A stretch of DNA of 64,000 nt from Vermamoeba vermiformis (Eukaryota): NCBI GenBank assembly GCA_045837725.1, contig JBEWZL010000214.1:1-64000 (forward strand). The letters are read 5' to 3'. The position numbers and the translations under genes are program-made. This document shows, one piece after another, positions 1-13,700 of the stretch. How positions within the stretch are numbered: the first letter of the stretch is position 1; the number at the start of each line of letters is the position of its first letter. The notes beneath the pieces were generated by a model, which saw only the letters and a program-made list of their open reading frames with translations, did not search any database and was not told where the DNA came from.

Positions 1-328
1 GTCACTTTGTACCAGATCACACCGAAGAATTCCAAAATTAAGGGAATTCCACATAGATACGTAAGATAAGGGTCTCCTATATGGTATTCGCGATGGATTG
101 GATTTGACGCCAGCGTAATTCGCTTAGTGGACTGAAACCAAACACATCTAGATCCTGTAGTGAAATAATTTTAAAATATGTGCTGGTATTGTACGATTCG
201 AATTCTACTGGCTATTAATACTTCAAGTATTGGTTCACATCCGCAAGTCCGCGTTCTATCTTTTTTCTGCTCGCAAAGCTTTGGCGGAACTTTTTATTTA
301 TGCCAATAAGATAACAATTTAACCCACC

Positions 329-3300
329 ATGGACAATAACACCCAGGTACGCGATTTAAACTATCAAAAAGGGAATGCAATCGAAATCTGTCTTAGTGTC
401 ATTCACTTTAATAATTTAATTAATAATCATAATTGATTAAATATTATTCATTGTACAAATATTGATGGAATTTATTGCCAGTGCCAAGGCGACGGATTTG
501 CTAATCCAATCATTACCGACACTAGCCTCAGTGCAGTAGCCATAGAAAAGCTAGAAATACACAAAGAGGTTGCTAAGCAGTTTAATGACTTGCTTCCACT
601 CGTTGATGAAGCTAAAATAATCGAAAGCACCGTTCCCTCACCTTCAAAAGATGTTCTGCTGCATAGGAATTACATGCAATACCTTACCCTGGCTTGGTCC
701 AATCATTTTTCAGTCGTAGTTTCGCCAGATATTATTTTCTATACAATATTATGCGAGATTGCGGACGAAATCTCATCAAATCCGGATGAGTTTCGACATT
801 TGTTCACTGATTCGACCGAAAAGAAACCTATCATGGCATTCACGCATGAAATTACCAGAATTGACCTCGATCAAATCATTAAAGGTACGCGCAACTTAAG
901 CAGATCCTTTCCTGTACAAGGGATAGCCCGTACTTTACATCTGATTTTCTACGATGCTTATACAGTTATAGACCTTTTACTTTACAATACAATACTAGGC
1001 GGCAATCTAATACGATTATAAGATTTTTCGATCTTATTGTAACACGTGTATTATTTAGGCATTGCTCAGAATATGCCTATCGACGCGAGTATCTTCACGG
1101 CAAATTTTTCAAGCAGCACCGTTGAATCTCGTTTGGCCATTCAAGCAGCATTCTGCGAGGCCATGTCTTCGTATTTTTTCTACTATTCGACGCTGTGTGG
1201 CATTCCCCGAGTGAAAGTGTTGGGCACGAAACAAGACTGGCAGACACTCGAACACAAGATTCATCGCATGCGCACTGAAGTGTTCAATCAAGACACGACC
1301 ACTGCACAAAAGATGAGCGCTTATCTTCAGCGCGCTGAAACACAAGTGCACAAGATCCACACGACACGTGATCCGGCGTTCTGGAAAGACATGTTCTCGA
1401 TCAACAGATGCATGTCAGGCCACACAGATGTCGTTGAGGGCTGGATCGTCATGTTTTATCGCGATGCGCATGAACAGTACGAATACTACGAAAGCGAATA
1501 CTATGAAGAAGGCGAAGATACCTTTGAGGGCATAGGACCAGTAACGTACCAAGGCAATGATTTTTACAACTACAAGTCACACATTTCAACGGTCAAGTGG
1601 CACAATGCCGAGACTCAACGACACTTTGAACTCAAGAGCGGACTGTTGTACAGCAATGTCGTGCGTGGCGACAGCGACGACGACGTCAAGTATCCGTGGC
1701 TCGAACCTCAGTTCAGTCACGTGATTGTCGAGACTGACGGCAGTGGAAGGATGACACCTGAACAGTTCAAGCAGTACATCGAAGGCACGCTTAAAGGAGG
1801 CGATAAGCTTCTCATGAAAGAGTTCTACGACGTCCTTAAAGACGATCCAATCGAGTTGGTCAAAGGCGGGTCAAAAGAAATTGACTTCAGATTTGACCTT
1901 ATTAGTCGTCAGATTGACGCTTGGAACGAAGATATTTTGAAGAATGGACGCGCGTTGACCAAGTTTGACTTGACTGAACGACCAGTGTCCGTAGCACTTG
2001 ATTTTTATAAGAAGATAGAAGCTCAAAATTTACCCGCATTGGAGGCTCTTAAAGAAAAGATGATAGATTACTTGAAAGTTAATACGAGTATCAAATGCAT
2101 CGTTTTTAACGACCGAATTGCTCGTATTGAACCAACGATGCTAGATCTCTTTATTGGCAACGGAAATATCGAAGAGTTAGGCGTTCATCCAACGAACCAA
2201 GAGTCAATCGACAAACTAGCGCAGATTTTGTTGCACGAAAACTGCAAATTGAAGTGCTTGAAAGTGATGGAATCGGCTCAAAACGGAAATTTCGGACATG
2301 AAGACCGAACGCCGTTGAACTGGTCAATTTTAGCGGATGCATTAGTAGAATCAAGCGCGCCGTTAGAAGTATTGGATTTTGATAATATTGATAGCGAAAG
2401 TTTAGCAAAGGCAATAGCGGATCTGTGCACAAGACCAAACGGCTTGAAACAAATAGGCTTAACAGCATGGTACCATTTGACACAAAAAGTCAAAGACATT
2501 CTGATTAGAGGGCAAGTCATGTCAAAAACGCTGAAAGTAGTCACGTTACCTGAACTCGGACGATTCTCCGAAGAATTAACGGATCTGATCGTAAACAACT
2601 TGCCACTCAATCCATCGCTTGAAAACAATTGCCACATTTAGCTATTTAATGACCACGGTTAATCGCACTAAAGCACTTCGAATCCCATCGTTGAAAGAGA
2701 TCCGTCAAGTGGATCTTCAAGACTTGTCGTTCTTGGATGTGACACCTAAACTGTCAAACATTACTGCAAAGCTTCACTGCACCGCTGAACAAATGCAATA
2801 TCTATCAAACTTAGTGTCACGCGAAGACTGCCAGTTAGAAACGCTCTTTCTTCGAGATTCAACTTTTCATGCTGATGCGGGTGTCGCACTTGCCAAGGCT
2901 CTTACGCAGAACAAATCGATCAAAAAGTTTAGCTGTGCAATGTCAAAGTTTGGCAGTGCCGAGGACGCCGAAAGATTCTTAGAATTAATTATGTGTTGGT
3001 TAGAGAAGCCGTACTGCATGCTCGAAGAAGTACACTTGGACAACATGAAAATTGTCAAAAATGACTACGAAAAATTGCAACGAACAAAGGAAAGTTTAGT
3101 GGTTGAAAACGACGTTTTACGAAGATTAATCACGAGTTTGACTGGCAATACTAGGCTCAAAAGACTATCTATTGATGTCAGTTGTGCCGAGTCAGATCTT
3201 ACTTTGTTCACTGAACTCGTTCAAAAGAATTCAACGCTCCATGACCTCGCTTTCGGAGGTTACTCCGATGCAGAATTTGCCGAAGAATATCGAGCTCCGT

Positions 3301-3407
3301 TAGTCGAAGCCATCAAGGTTAACACATCATTGACATTATTTGATGCATTTTTCTTACCACATTCCGAACGAAAGTACACCATCAACGAAGAAGATTTGTA
3401 CATGTAA
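329..3407 (+). CDS. DUF4419-like domain + C-terminal LRR protein (copy A); frameshifted near 2618, possible pseudogene
   Basis: ATG at 329, introns about 347-481 and 885-1058. Motifs 'AWSNHFSVVVSPDII', 'TLCGIPRVKVLGTKQDWQTL', 'FWKDMF' and 'GWIVMF' resemble DUF4419. C-terminal RNI-like LRRs. ORFs 1046..2641 and 2619..3407 are joined only by a +1 shift, judged against the paralog at 40411-44489. Confidence 0.75.
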
Positions 3408-3693
3408 AAACGGGTGTTAAACTTCTTATTAGTAAACCAATTTTTAGAATAGTCAAACATTCGTGGTAATCGTTTATTCGAAAAATTAAATTGGACGTTG
3501 AAACACCAACAAATAATGATTAGCATTCTTCAACTGAACGTACTATGGCCTCACGCAGGATACCTAAGTTGTGCTTAGCCAGCCAAAAACTGTTTCTAAA
3601 ATTGAGGCGGATCCGATTCTTCTTGCAGTTGTGGCTAGCTTCTCTTCTTACTGTGAATTGACCTGAGGTAATGTAGCATGAATTTGCTTCACT

Positions 3694-6600
3694 CTAATGC
3701 GTTCTGAGATAATTAGCGACCTCTTCCATACTCTAACAATACCAAGATTAGTATTGAACGAAGAGATCTGGACTGAGAATTTTCGTTACGTACTGGTCGG
3801 TCATTAGGGCTCATTTTCCAACACATTTCCATTACATGGCGCAGAGCAGGGTCACACGTATCAGGAATAGCAGGTACAAAGCCCTGATCTCGAATTTTAA
3901 TGGCAATGTTGAGCTGATCCTCTTCTTCGTGCGGCTCTCGACCAGCAACTAGCTCCCATACTATAGGAAGTATTAGGCACAAGATATTTATACTAAATTT
4001 AAGCTATAATTTTCGTTTGAAACAAGCTAAAATTTTTGGTGTAATTTGTAACGCAATTTCCTTTTTTGGCAAGTGGAGGTTTGATGCTTGTTGCAACTCA
4101 GAATATTACTTACGTAATATACCATAGCTCCATACGTCAGATTTAGTGCTGTAAGTTCGATCCTTCAAACTCTCGGGTGCCATCCAACGGATCGGTCCAA
4201 AAGCTGTTTTAGTCTTGCCCTTAGCAGCTTGATCTCGTACAATACGCGACATTCCAAAATCGGAGATTTTAGGTTGATTATCGTTCGTAAGCTACGGTTA
4301 GAATGATTAGGAATGAGGACTTCCTGATCTGGATCACAAGAGTAACGTACCAAAATATTTCGGGCTGCCAAGTCTCGGTGCACGATATTGTTGTTATGAA
4401 GATGTAGAAGACCATATGCTATTTTCAGGGCGAATTCTTTTCTCTGTGCATTCGTTACAGTCTCTCGTTTGTTGAATACAACCGCATCTAAACTGCCACC
4501 GCCACAATATTCGAGAACAATGCAAGTATTAGGCCCATCGTTGCTTACACCGAATGTTTGTACCAAGTTAGGATGTGGAGTGATACCGCTACAAAATGTT
4601 AGGGCAGATCTAGTGGTACAAAATCCATAGTACTTACAGCGTTAATTTAGCTTCAGAAATAAACCCTTCATTATCCGCATACGAGTTGTTAACTTTGATC
4701 GCGACTTGAGCACCTCGCCATTCGCTACAATAACGTTAGAAATTAATCGATAAATTCTAGGAAAATTATTACCCTAAAAACACTTTGCCGTAACTTCCTG
4801 AGCCAATTTCTCTCGTGAATGATAGGCTTTGATAAGGAATGTACATTCGCTTGTCTACATCCGCAGGCTGTATCGACTTCATAGACAAAAGGTTGCTGCT
4901 CGGTTCGGTGAGTGGTGAAGTTAATGTAGCGCTCATTGGTCTATATTTAGACTCCCTTCCTTCAACTTGATTGCCTGACGGGCTTGAGTCTTTGTCGAGA
5001 GGAAGACTCGCGTACGAGCCTCCAGATCCGGATTTGTTTTCTCTTTCGGTCAACAAGATAGCACTACTCGGAGTAGGCTTATCATCTTCATTTTTCTTAT
5101 GCTTTTTTGTTCGATTTCTCTTCTTCAAGAAAAATACGAGTAAAAATACACCAAGACCTACGACGACTACAGGCACTGCGATAGCTGGGCCGAGAATTGA
5201 AGCTGAGATCGGATCTGCTGGAGGAGTTGTAACGCCCAAGGTGGTATCATTATTGGTAGGAGTATAATTTGGCGTCGTATTGTCGGTCGTTGATGGTGCA
5301 CCAGATCCGGATTCGGGCGATTGAGGAACTAACGGAGTTGCACTTTGAACAGGCGTGCTGCTTGGAATTGCCTCATTTACTGGACTATTAACTGGTGCGC
5401 TGATTGGACCACTCGTCGGAGCACTAACTGGGGCTGAAATTGGACTGCGAGTGCTTGGTACGCTGAGAGGAGTACTTATTGGTGTTGCACTAAAAGGTGC
5501 ACTAACGGGTGTCGTAGAAGTAGGTGGGTCTATTGGCGGGCTGACAGGAACAGGTGGCGGATCTATTGTCTGAAAAGCAAATCCGTAAGAAAAATTTTTG
5601 GCTTGAATTCAGGGTTTGCATAAGCTTACCGAATTGTAGAATAAAACGTCTACATATATATTGCTATTGTTTTGATATAAGACGAAGAGATACGAGTTGA
5701 GCGAAGTGTGAGTTACGGATGTGGGTCCAGTTTTTGTGACACTAAGATCTGTTGCCGCATTGCCGAGTTTGTCAATAATAACCACTTCATATCCAACTCC
5801 TTGACTGCTGGTTCTTAGCATGCTCATGCTTCCCGTCGTATCATTCATGCGTGAAATAACTGGGTACGAGTACTGATTTGATGACGTGCCCGTTCTTGTG
5901 AACACTTCGCTGCCACCACTTTCACGAAAACAAAATATCTAATAGGGTGTTAGTAATATAGGTCGCGGGTAGGGTATATTATACGTACTCCTGAATTAGT
6001 AGTTGATTGTTGTGCACAAGCTAGTAGTGTCTGATCCGGCCACACAACGACACTTGGATTCAATCCCTCGTTCAGCGAAGAGAATGAAGTGCCCGTAGAA
6101 GAAAGTAATAGAATTTGACTAGCTGCCCCTTTGCTCGCTACGGACACTATTTGATTATTCGGCGCTAAGTAATGAATTATTAGTCAAAATTGCTTTCGAA
6201 AATAATGTTAAATATTACGGTATGATGAGGAATCCATTGAATTAATGTAGCCTAAGTATTGCGAAGAGTTAAACGGTGGACTTGGGGGGATAAAACTCGT
6301 CTGAAAAATTCAAAAGTGAGTCGCGCGATCTGCGTTACAAGTGATTCTTTTAAATCATTTACCGTCGAGATAAAGAACGGGAATACATTCACCGTATCAT
6401 TAGTAGTGACTTCTATTTGTTTCATGCCGAGATTCGCGACACTAATGAAGGGTGGGCCAACAAGATAATCCTATCACATAAAAGATTAAAATTTCTTTTC
6501 TCCGTAAGGAATATAAATTTGTAACCTCATATTTCCGGTTCTTAAATAATTAAATAAGCTCTGTATATGCTTACTGTTGCAGTTAATAGCCCAAATTGGC

Positions 6601-6985
6601 AATCTGAAATTGAATCCACAACGTCAATGTCGATGTACGTCTTGTTATTGGGAGGTTGAGTGATAGATTCAACGGTACTAAGACCAGTAGTATCGACGCC
6701 AGCCCAAAATCTTCTTTTTTCAATCGTGACGCCGCCAGTGCTCGATAAAAAAGCTGAGCAGATCCAATAAATGTCCGAGTTAGAAGTGTCTTGATAAACT
6801 CTTGTTTCTATCTTAGAATAGACCCCTGTTGTTATAATAGGGTAATTTTGGATGATTGGGGACACTGAAATATGCAAGAAATTAGCACAAAAATTCGAGT
6901 TTTGTAACGGATGGATCTTACAGCTCAACGCCAAGGCCGAAGAAACGAAAATAAATAAAGCGAGAATGCTACGTATGATTGCCAT
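3694..6985 (-). CDS. Single-pass receptor-like kinase, tyrosine-kinase-like (TKL) group
   Basis: Signal peptide 'MAIIRSILALFIFVSSALA', Pro/Ser/Thr-rich stalk, TM 'IAVPVVVVGLGVFLLVFFL' followed by basic residues. Kinase motifs IGSGSYGKV, HRDLAARN, DFG, PIRWMAPE and DVWSYG. Multi-exon. Confidence 0.9.
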
Positions 6986-7427
6986 GACTGTGATGTGGTC
7001 TAGTGTTCCTCAAAAATCTGCATAATGACGTAAATTAGAGAGCGTGACATGTAAGAAAAATTACCAAAATAAGTAATTAAATAACGCAATTAATTTTTGA
7101 CGTTAAATTCTTGACAGGAGAAAACCCGCTGAAAACTGACTCATCGAACGACGATTGACGTATCGGGAATTACAGCAGGCCCGGCGTAAAGTTTCGCCCT
7201 TGCTAAATATTGCTTGGTACCTTACGTGGCAGATCCGATCCGGTCCTTGAGTGGCCAATGAGGCTGTATATGCGACATTCGAAGACTAGACGAATACTGC
7301 ATATTTGTGCCCAACTTCAAATCGCCTTCCTACTATTGATTGAGACCGTTAGATCTGCGTTACAATCCCATCAAAATAAAAATTCAACATACCGCTATAC
7401 TATTACAATGATTTCAACAGTTGAATC

Positions 7428-9837
7428 TTAAGATCGAAACCACAACTCGTCAATTTCAACCTCTTGCTCCTCTTGTTTGAGCACTTCAACTATTTTCTTC
7501 TTAAACAGACGCTGTCCGGTATTATCTTCATAGCTGAATGTAAATGCATATACTCCGGGGTATAGGCTGTAGCTTGTCGAGTTTTCCCCTGTCGCAGCAG
7601 GTTGAATGTTGTAGGGCTGCAGTATTGACAAAGTGATAGAGAAATTTTGTAGATGTGGATGCTGGCAACGGAACTGGGCCCAGTTGAAAGTAATGCGCGT
7701 CCTTCCGAGAGGGTTTGTAATATAATACAATCCTGGAGGACTAAGCTGATTATTATCAAGTGTGATCTTGGCGCCAAAATTAAGCAGATCCAAAAAAATG
7801 GACGAGTGCGGGTTAAGGAAGCCGATCATATGCAAAGCTGTTCGTCCCTCGCTATCAACAGCATTGATATCGCATTCTATTATATTAAATGTTAGAGCGG
7901 CTAAGTTATGGAATTTCCAAATTAGGAAATAACATGTAATGGCTTACCGGTGATTTCTAAGATCCTTGGAACGACTTTTAAGACATAGGTATTATCTTTG
8001 AGTACGTGTGTAGCTATTAGGTGCCATAAAGTCGTCTTTTTGCCGTCACAAAGTATGTCGGATCTGTACTCCTTCGGTATGCTTTTGGCGAATTCCAACA
8101 GTACTGAAGGAAGTGCCTCGTGCTTATATTTTGCTCCAGTTGACGATAACACGCTAATCAGTAGCCTCGCCGCTTGTAATGGGAACTCAGTCCAAATCAT
8201 ATCAAAAATTTTTCTCGTGACTCTCAAATCCGCTGAAACGCTCAACATCTTAGCTTCGAGTTCCACTCCCCAGTTATTCTGTTGAACATTGATATTGAAT
8301 CCTTCTTCTATCAGTAATTCTGCGACTGTGAATGCATCTTCTGATTCGTAAGATTTGCAGAGACTTTTCAACATGACAAAACTTTGTACGAGCGTCGAAT
8401 CAAATATTTTGTGGAGTAAATTGCGTTCTTTGAGCCAAACAAATGCATTGAAAGTTACTGGTTTGTTAATGAGTGCTGAAGCCATTTTTAAGATTGATGA
8501 TTCATCCGGCCAAAACTTTTTCTCTAAAGCAGCGTGATCCACATCCGACGTCAATGAGCTATAAAAACACGATGCGCAAGATGATATTTGACTGTCTATT
8601 ATATCCATTAACTTCTGACCATTAAAAGTCGTCTCCAACAGATTCATATCGAAATTCCAGTGCAGCATTGTATGCAACTGCAGCCGAAGTTTTTCCGCTC
8701 GATGAGCAGCGGAATAATTTGAATAGCATTGGATATATTCAATTAGTAAATACCCGATCTGCTCCGAGTAGAATGTTGAGTTCTTACGCCACAACGCGGA
8801 AATTGAATTTGAGATCGCGCCTGGATCTGGTTTGCCTTTCAAAGGAGCTAATAACGGCTGTGTTAATAACCACTTTGCAAAGTCTACGCTGACACTAATG
8901 GCACTCTGAAAGTATTGCGAGGCTGTTATAAATGTCTATAAAATTCAATTAGTACCCCTTCATTCATAATAAGGCGTAAAATACTCCATAAATAATTAAA
9001 TTAACTTTGTAATTTCATATTATAATAAATCGAGAATAAATCGCGTTATAATAAAAATATAAAAAGAAGAACCGGGCCAGATCTGGCGCTCATAATGTTA
9101 AAAACCATTTCTAAGGGATGTTATACCCTAGCATTAGTATCCTACTTACAGGTTGATATGAAGCTGCGTACTGGTCAATAAATAGCTTGTTTTGATTCAC
9201 AATTGCGACTTTGATAGGCATTAGTCTGTAGTTTTTCTGTAGCTCAGCGATCACTTTGTCACTATCCGGTAAATTCGCCTTTACAACGTATTCTTTGAGC
9301 ACTGTATTTAATAATAACGTTAGAGAATTGGTGCGAGTAAGGATCTCGGAGATCGTCGCAGATCAGAAAAAATTACGATTATTATTATTAAGCTTTGAAT
9401 AGTATGTCATTTTACTTACGCGTATCAACCTCAATGAATGACTTCTTGCTGGAGTCAACTACTGTCTTGTTGTAGATTAGTTTTCGAAAGTACGCTTTTC
9501 TCTGTTCTTCCTAAATAATAATCGTCAAAATAATTATCTTAATTTAGTACTACCATAAATATTTTAATGACAATATTGCATATCTGTACATTCCAAAATT
9601 AAAAATAAAAATCGGATGCGCTCTTACAGTCAATGTCTGATAGCGCCTGTCCCATACAATAATATCGTCTATAATATTTTCGAGTGCTAACAAGTCGCTG
9701 AACCATTTGTTAACACTCCTCAAGCGAGACATGGTTGCAATGTCGAATTCTAGGTGCTGCAGAATTATATAATGCAGCTCTGCGGGCAATAATTCATAGG
9801 CCGATGATTGAGTAAATAAATTGTCGTTTGATTCCAT
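7428..9837 (-). CDS. F-box protein with helical/ankyrin-like repeats and a beta-rich C-terminus
   Basis: N-terminal 'LLPAELHYIILQHLE...LRSVNKWF' F-box pattern. Later exons have ankyrin-like segments ('LLIEEGFNIN', 'GKKTTLWHLIA'). Exon joining is inferred. Confidence 0.6.
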
Positions 9838-10031
9838 TACAGCGGCCCTACTGTGCTTCAGGATGAAAAAAAAAGTAAATTTGATTTTTTGGCTGTTTCA
9901 AACCGAGGGCAGGAAATCAAAGGGATATGTTAACAGTGATGAGTAAATATTAATTAAAAAGTATTATAAGCCATACATCGCTATAAATTCCACTGCAAAG
10001 AGAGTAAAGTAAAAAGTTTACTATTTTAATG

Positions 10032-10471
10032 TTACATTACGAGAGAAATAATAGGGACAAAGACACCAACGATGACACTAATGACAACAACAGTGGCATC
10101 AGACGATTTTCCAGCAGTGCATTGAGCATCGGTGCAGCCAATCTGCTTGCACGAGGAAACTTGAGCCGAGTACAAAGTACCGTTACCTTCAGAGCACTTA
10201 GCTTGATCCTTCAAGCAAGTGAAGTAAGAAGGATAGCACGGGCACGTCTGAGAATAGTCGGTCATGTTGCTGGATTGACAGGCGTAGATCTTGCTCAAAC
10301 AGTTGTTAGCGGCGTTTGCGTCTTGGCAACCGGTGCCCGATTGGCAAGAAACATAAGCGAGAATAGCAGCTGATTATAAGAAGCGTTAGCGTTTTTTTCT
10401 GCAGAAAAATACGGGATGGCCAACGGCATCCACGACTTACCAAAGATAGCGAGGTAGATAATAGATTTCAT
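10032..10471 (-). CDS. Small Cys-rich surface protein with a signal peptide and hydrophobic C-terminus (GPI-like)
   Basis: 'MKSIIYLAIF' exon, one intron, then a Cys-rich exon ending 'VVVISVIVGVFVPIISLVM'. Confidence 0.7.
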
Positions 10472-10731
10472 TATGTAGTTAGAGCAGTAGTATTGCTTGA
10501 CGTATGGTACTGGCTTGATGGCACTAAATTATAATCATAAAAAGAAAAAATTCAAATTTATCGTTGGCGACTTAAATTTATTACTTTAATTGACCAATAA
10601 AATGATTATTAAGCCTATTTAATGTCTATTATTAGATTTTATGGCTTTACTGATTCGGATCGCTCCGACCAGCGGCCGTTGAAGAAAGTGACTAACTGTG
10701 GCTTGGATCCGTTGAGTTGTCATTATTTTAT

Positions 10732-13700
10732 TTACATTTTTAATCGCAAGACCGATAAGACGTCTAAATGGTTCTTAACGTTACCTTTGAATACTGCGCA
10801 ATTACGAGTGAACTTGTCTCGGTTGTCACGTGTCAGGTTCGGATCAACTTGTTGCGTCAACATTTCAAACTGGATCTTCAACAGATCTTGCAACTGTTCG
10901 TTCGGTTGAGACGCGATCATCTTCGTAGCAATCGCTTGATATGCCTATAATATATAATTAGCATCATATAGCAAAAAACAACTTTTGATTCAAAGCTTAA
11001 GGTCGGAAAGACGGGCCGGCATTTGCAAAGAATAAATTGAATTTAATTGTAATTACCTGATTAAATAAGACCAACATAGGCAATAGACACCTAGAGATAT
11101 GCCATGACGATGTTTCGTTTTCTTCTAACATGAAAGCAATCATGATCCACAAGAACTCAGCTTCCATGTTAACCTAATTAGGAAACAACGGCATTTAATC
11201 AATGATTCAATTGTTGTTAAAATTAACTAGAAAAAACATACCTTTTGCAAGAAATTAATGGCTTGGTACTGCTGCGCTGTTTTTTCAGCAATATTTTGTT
11301 GTCGTCTTTCACGGTTACTGAGGTAAGGTCCGCCAGGTGCCACGGGGAAATTTGACGTGTTTTGTGCCTCACTCTGCGCTTGTCTAGCCGCGTTGAGTTC
11401 ATTATAACACAACGTTAATAACGAGTCCAAAGCTGAGGTCGCGGCCTTGATCAGATCTTGGTTCGTTGAAGACAAGCCGCGGATGAGGATTTTGATGGAT
11501 TGGTTCGATATGAACTGCACGGCGCTGTTCGGGTACTGCGTGCAAATGACTTCCAAACAGACGTAGATCTTTTGCTCCAACTTTGGGAACACATCCAAGC
11601 ACTTGACAGGCAAGATATTAATGAGATTGATCACGCACGAGAGAATCGATTCGGCCGTGTTGTCTGCGAACAATTGGAACACGCAGCTGTGAATCTGCAC
11701 CAAGTTCTTGTTCATTAAGAATAGGAAGGCTTCAAGGACCGGAACCATGTCACGTGCCACCATGTCCAAGCCGTCGCTGGCCTCGTTGAATGAAATGGCT
11801 GCACTCGACATTTGTTGACTCGTGTTGAACCTGTGCAGCGCTGCAATATTTTCTTCAATTCGTTTCGCTGAAAACAACACAAAGCCGGCCGTGTCCTTCC
11901 AAAATCGATACAATGACGTCAGTTTGTCGTTGTTGCTCAATTCTCCACCGCGCAGATTGTGATTGTTGGCCATGATCGAATTCGTCAATTTTAACACCGT
12001 GCGGATCATCTTCTGATAAACTAAAGGAGAAGATAACATTAGAAAATGTGGCCATTAGAAATGCATGGAAAGCGTACCTTTGAACATTGGTGAATCGATG
12101 CCGACGCGTAGTGAGTTCAAGTACATGCACCAATCAAATAACGTGATGATAATTTTGTTGTCGTTGTAGATCCAGTCGAAAAACAAGTTGTTGTTAAGCA
12201 CAGTATTGACTGACGTAGCGAAGGCAACCAACTCGACTAACAAATTCCTGACTTCATTCTACGTTGCAAATATCACGTTAGTTTCAGCCAATCAGAAAGC
12301 AGAATCAAATCTTACCATCATTCGATCGTTAATATTTCCGCTCTTCATCTCATTATCAATGGCATCAATTCGTTGAAGAAAAGCATTGACAAATCCAACA
12401 AAGTACTTGGTACTAATAGCCGAATCAGAGAACAAAATCTTGCTCATAATCTTCGAGAACATCTTTCGGGACTGTCCGAGCTCTAACTTCTGATGATGTT
12501 CCAACAAATGAATGATCAACGGCGAGTTGAAATTGAATTGGAACTTGGAGCGTGAAGGAATGCTCGTGTTTTGATAATCAATCATTTGCAAGAGTAAGTG
12601 TTGCGTGGCACTATTGACGTCCTCTTGTTTGCCCCAGTATTGGAAGTTGAACAAACTGCGGAAAAAAAAAATCGACCGTGAGACATTAGGTCCTATGTAT
12701 AATATAATACTGAATGACACTTACATTTTCGACAAAATGGCGTCAAAGAACTCGTTAAATCCGCCGAGATCATACGTGAACTCGTTGTTATTCTTGAACT
12801 CAGTCAGTACTTCACCGACATATTCTTCTGAAAATTGATAACGACCAGGCATCAGTCTGTTCAAGAAGAATGAAAAGAAGTTGATGAATGCAAGCTCTAA
12901 GATGTGCGTGCACGGCGTGATTGGCGTCACTGGATTGGCACCACGTGACACCGTTCGAATTTCATGAATGCGTTCAGTTGTAACAGCTGTCACGGCCTAT
13001 CAAATGGCACGTTAGTTATCATATTAGAGCCCTTACTTATGGACTTACGAGGTGAACGTCAATCTGTTTCATCGAGGCCCAATTCACAGCCGCCGTTGCA
13101 GCAGCAAGTTCAGTGCTGAAACGACCATCGCGCTCCTTGAGAACGCAGCCGCAAATTTGAATTAACCACGCCAATTGACCTATTTACATGAGGTTACGAC
13201 TATTGTATGAAGCAAATATGTACTTACGTTCGATGGTGGCGATGCGAGAAATGTCATAGGCAACTTTTCCGCCCACAATGTCTTTGTAAACTGCCATAAT
13301 CTCGCGCAAGTTGGTCAATAAATAAGTGCCAATAGAGCTGTACTCGCATCGTCCCAACAAACACAAGCTCTCGTAGAATGATTGGTATTGTCCTCCGTCA
13401 TTCGAATCTGCGTTACTTCTGACCACAAGATCCAATAAGATCTCTTCACCTTGTTCGGAACTCATTTGCTCCATTAAGAACTTGACAAAATTTTTGAATA
13501 TCTACGAGGGAAAGGATCAGTTTTGCGGATCTTGACAACGAAAGTGAAGCTAACCTCCGGTACAATACTCTCCAAGTACGTAGGAGGTTGTGCGCTAGGA
13601 CTAATAAATGTCCTGCTGTGCACTAGCCGAGCCCAGAAATTGAACAAATAAATGAGTGAGTTAATGGCGCCGTCGAACGAGGTTCGCAGCTTAGCAAAAT

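Noticed and set aside
4971-5573. Plus-strand hydrophobic/Gly-rich ORFs
   Set aside because: Antisense shadows of the Pro-rich stalk and TM region of the TKL receptor kinase.
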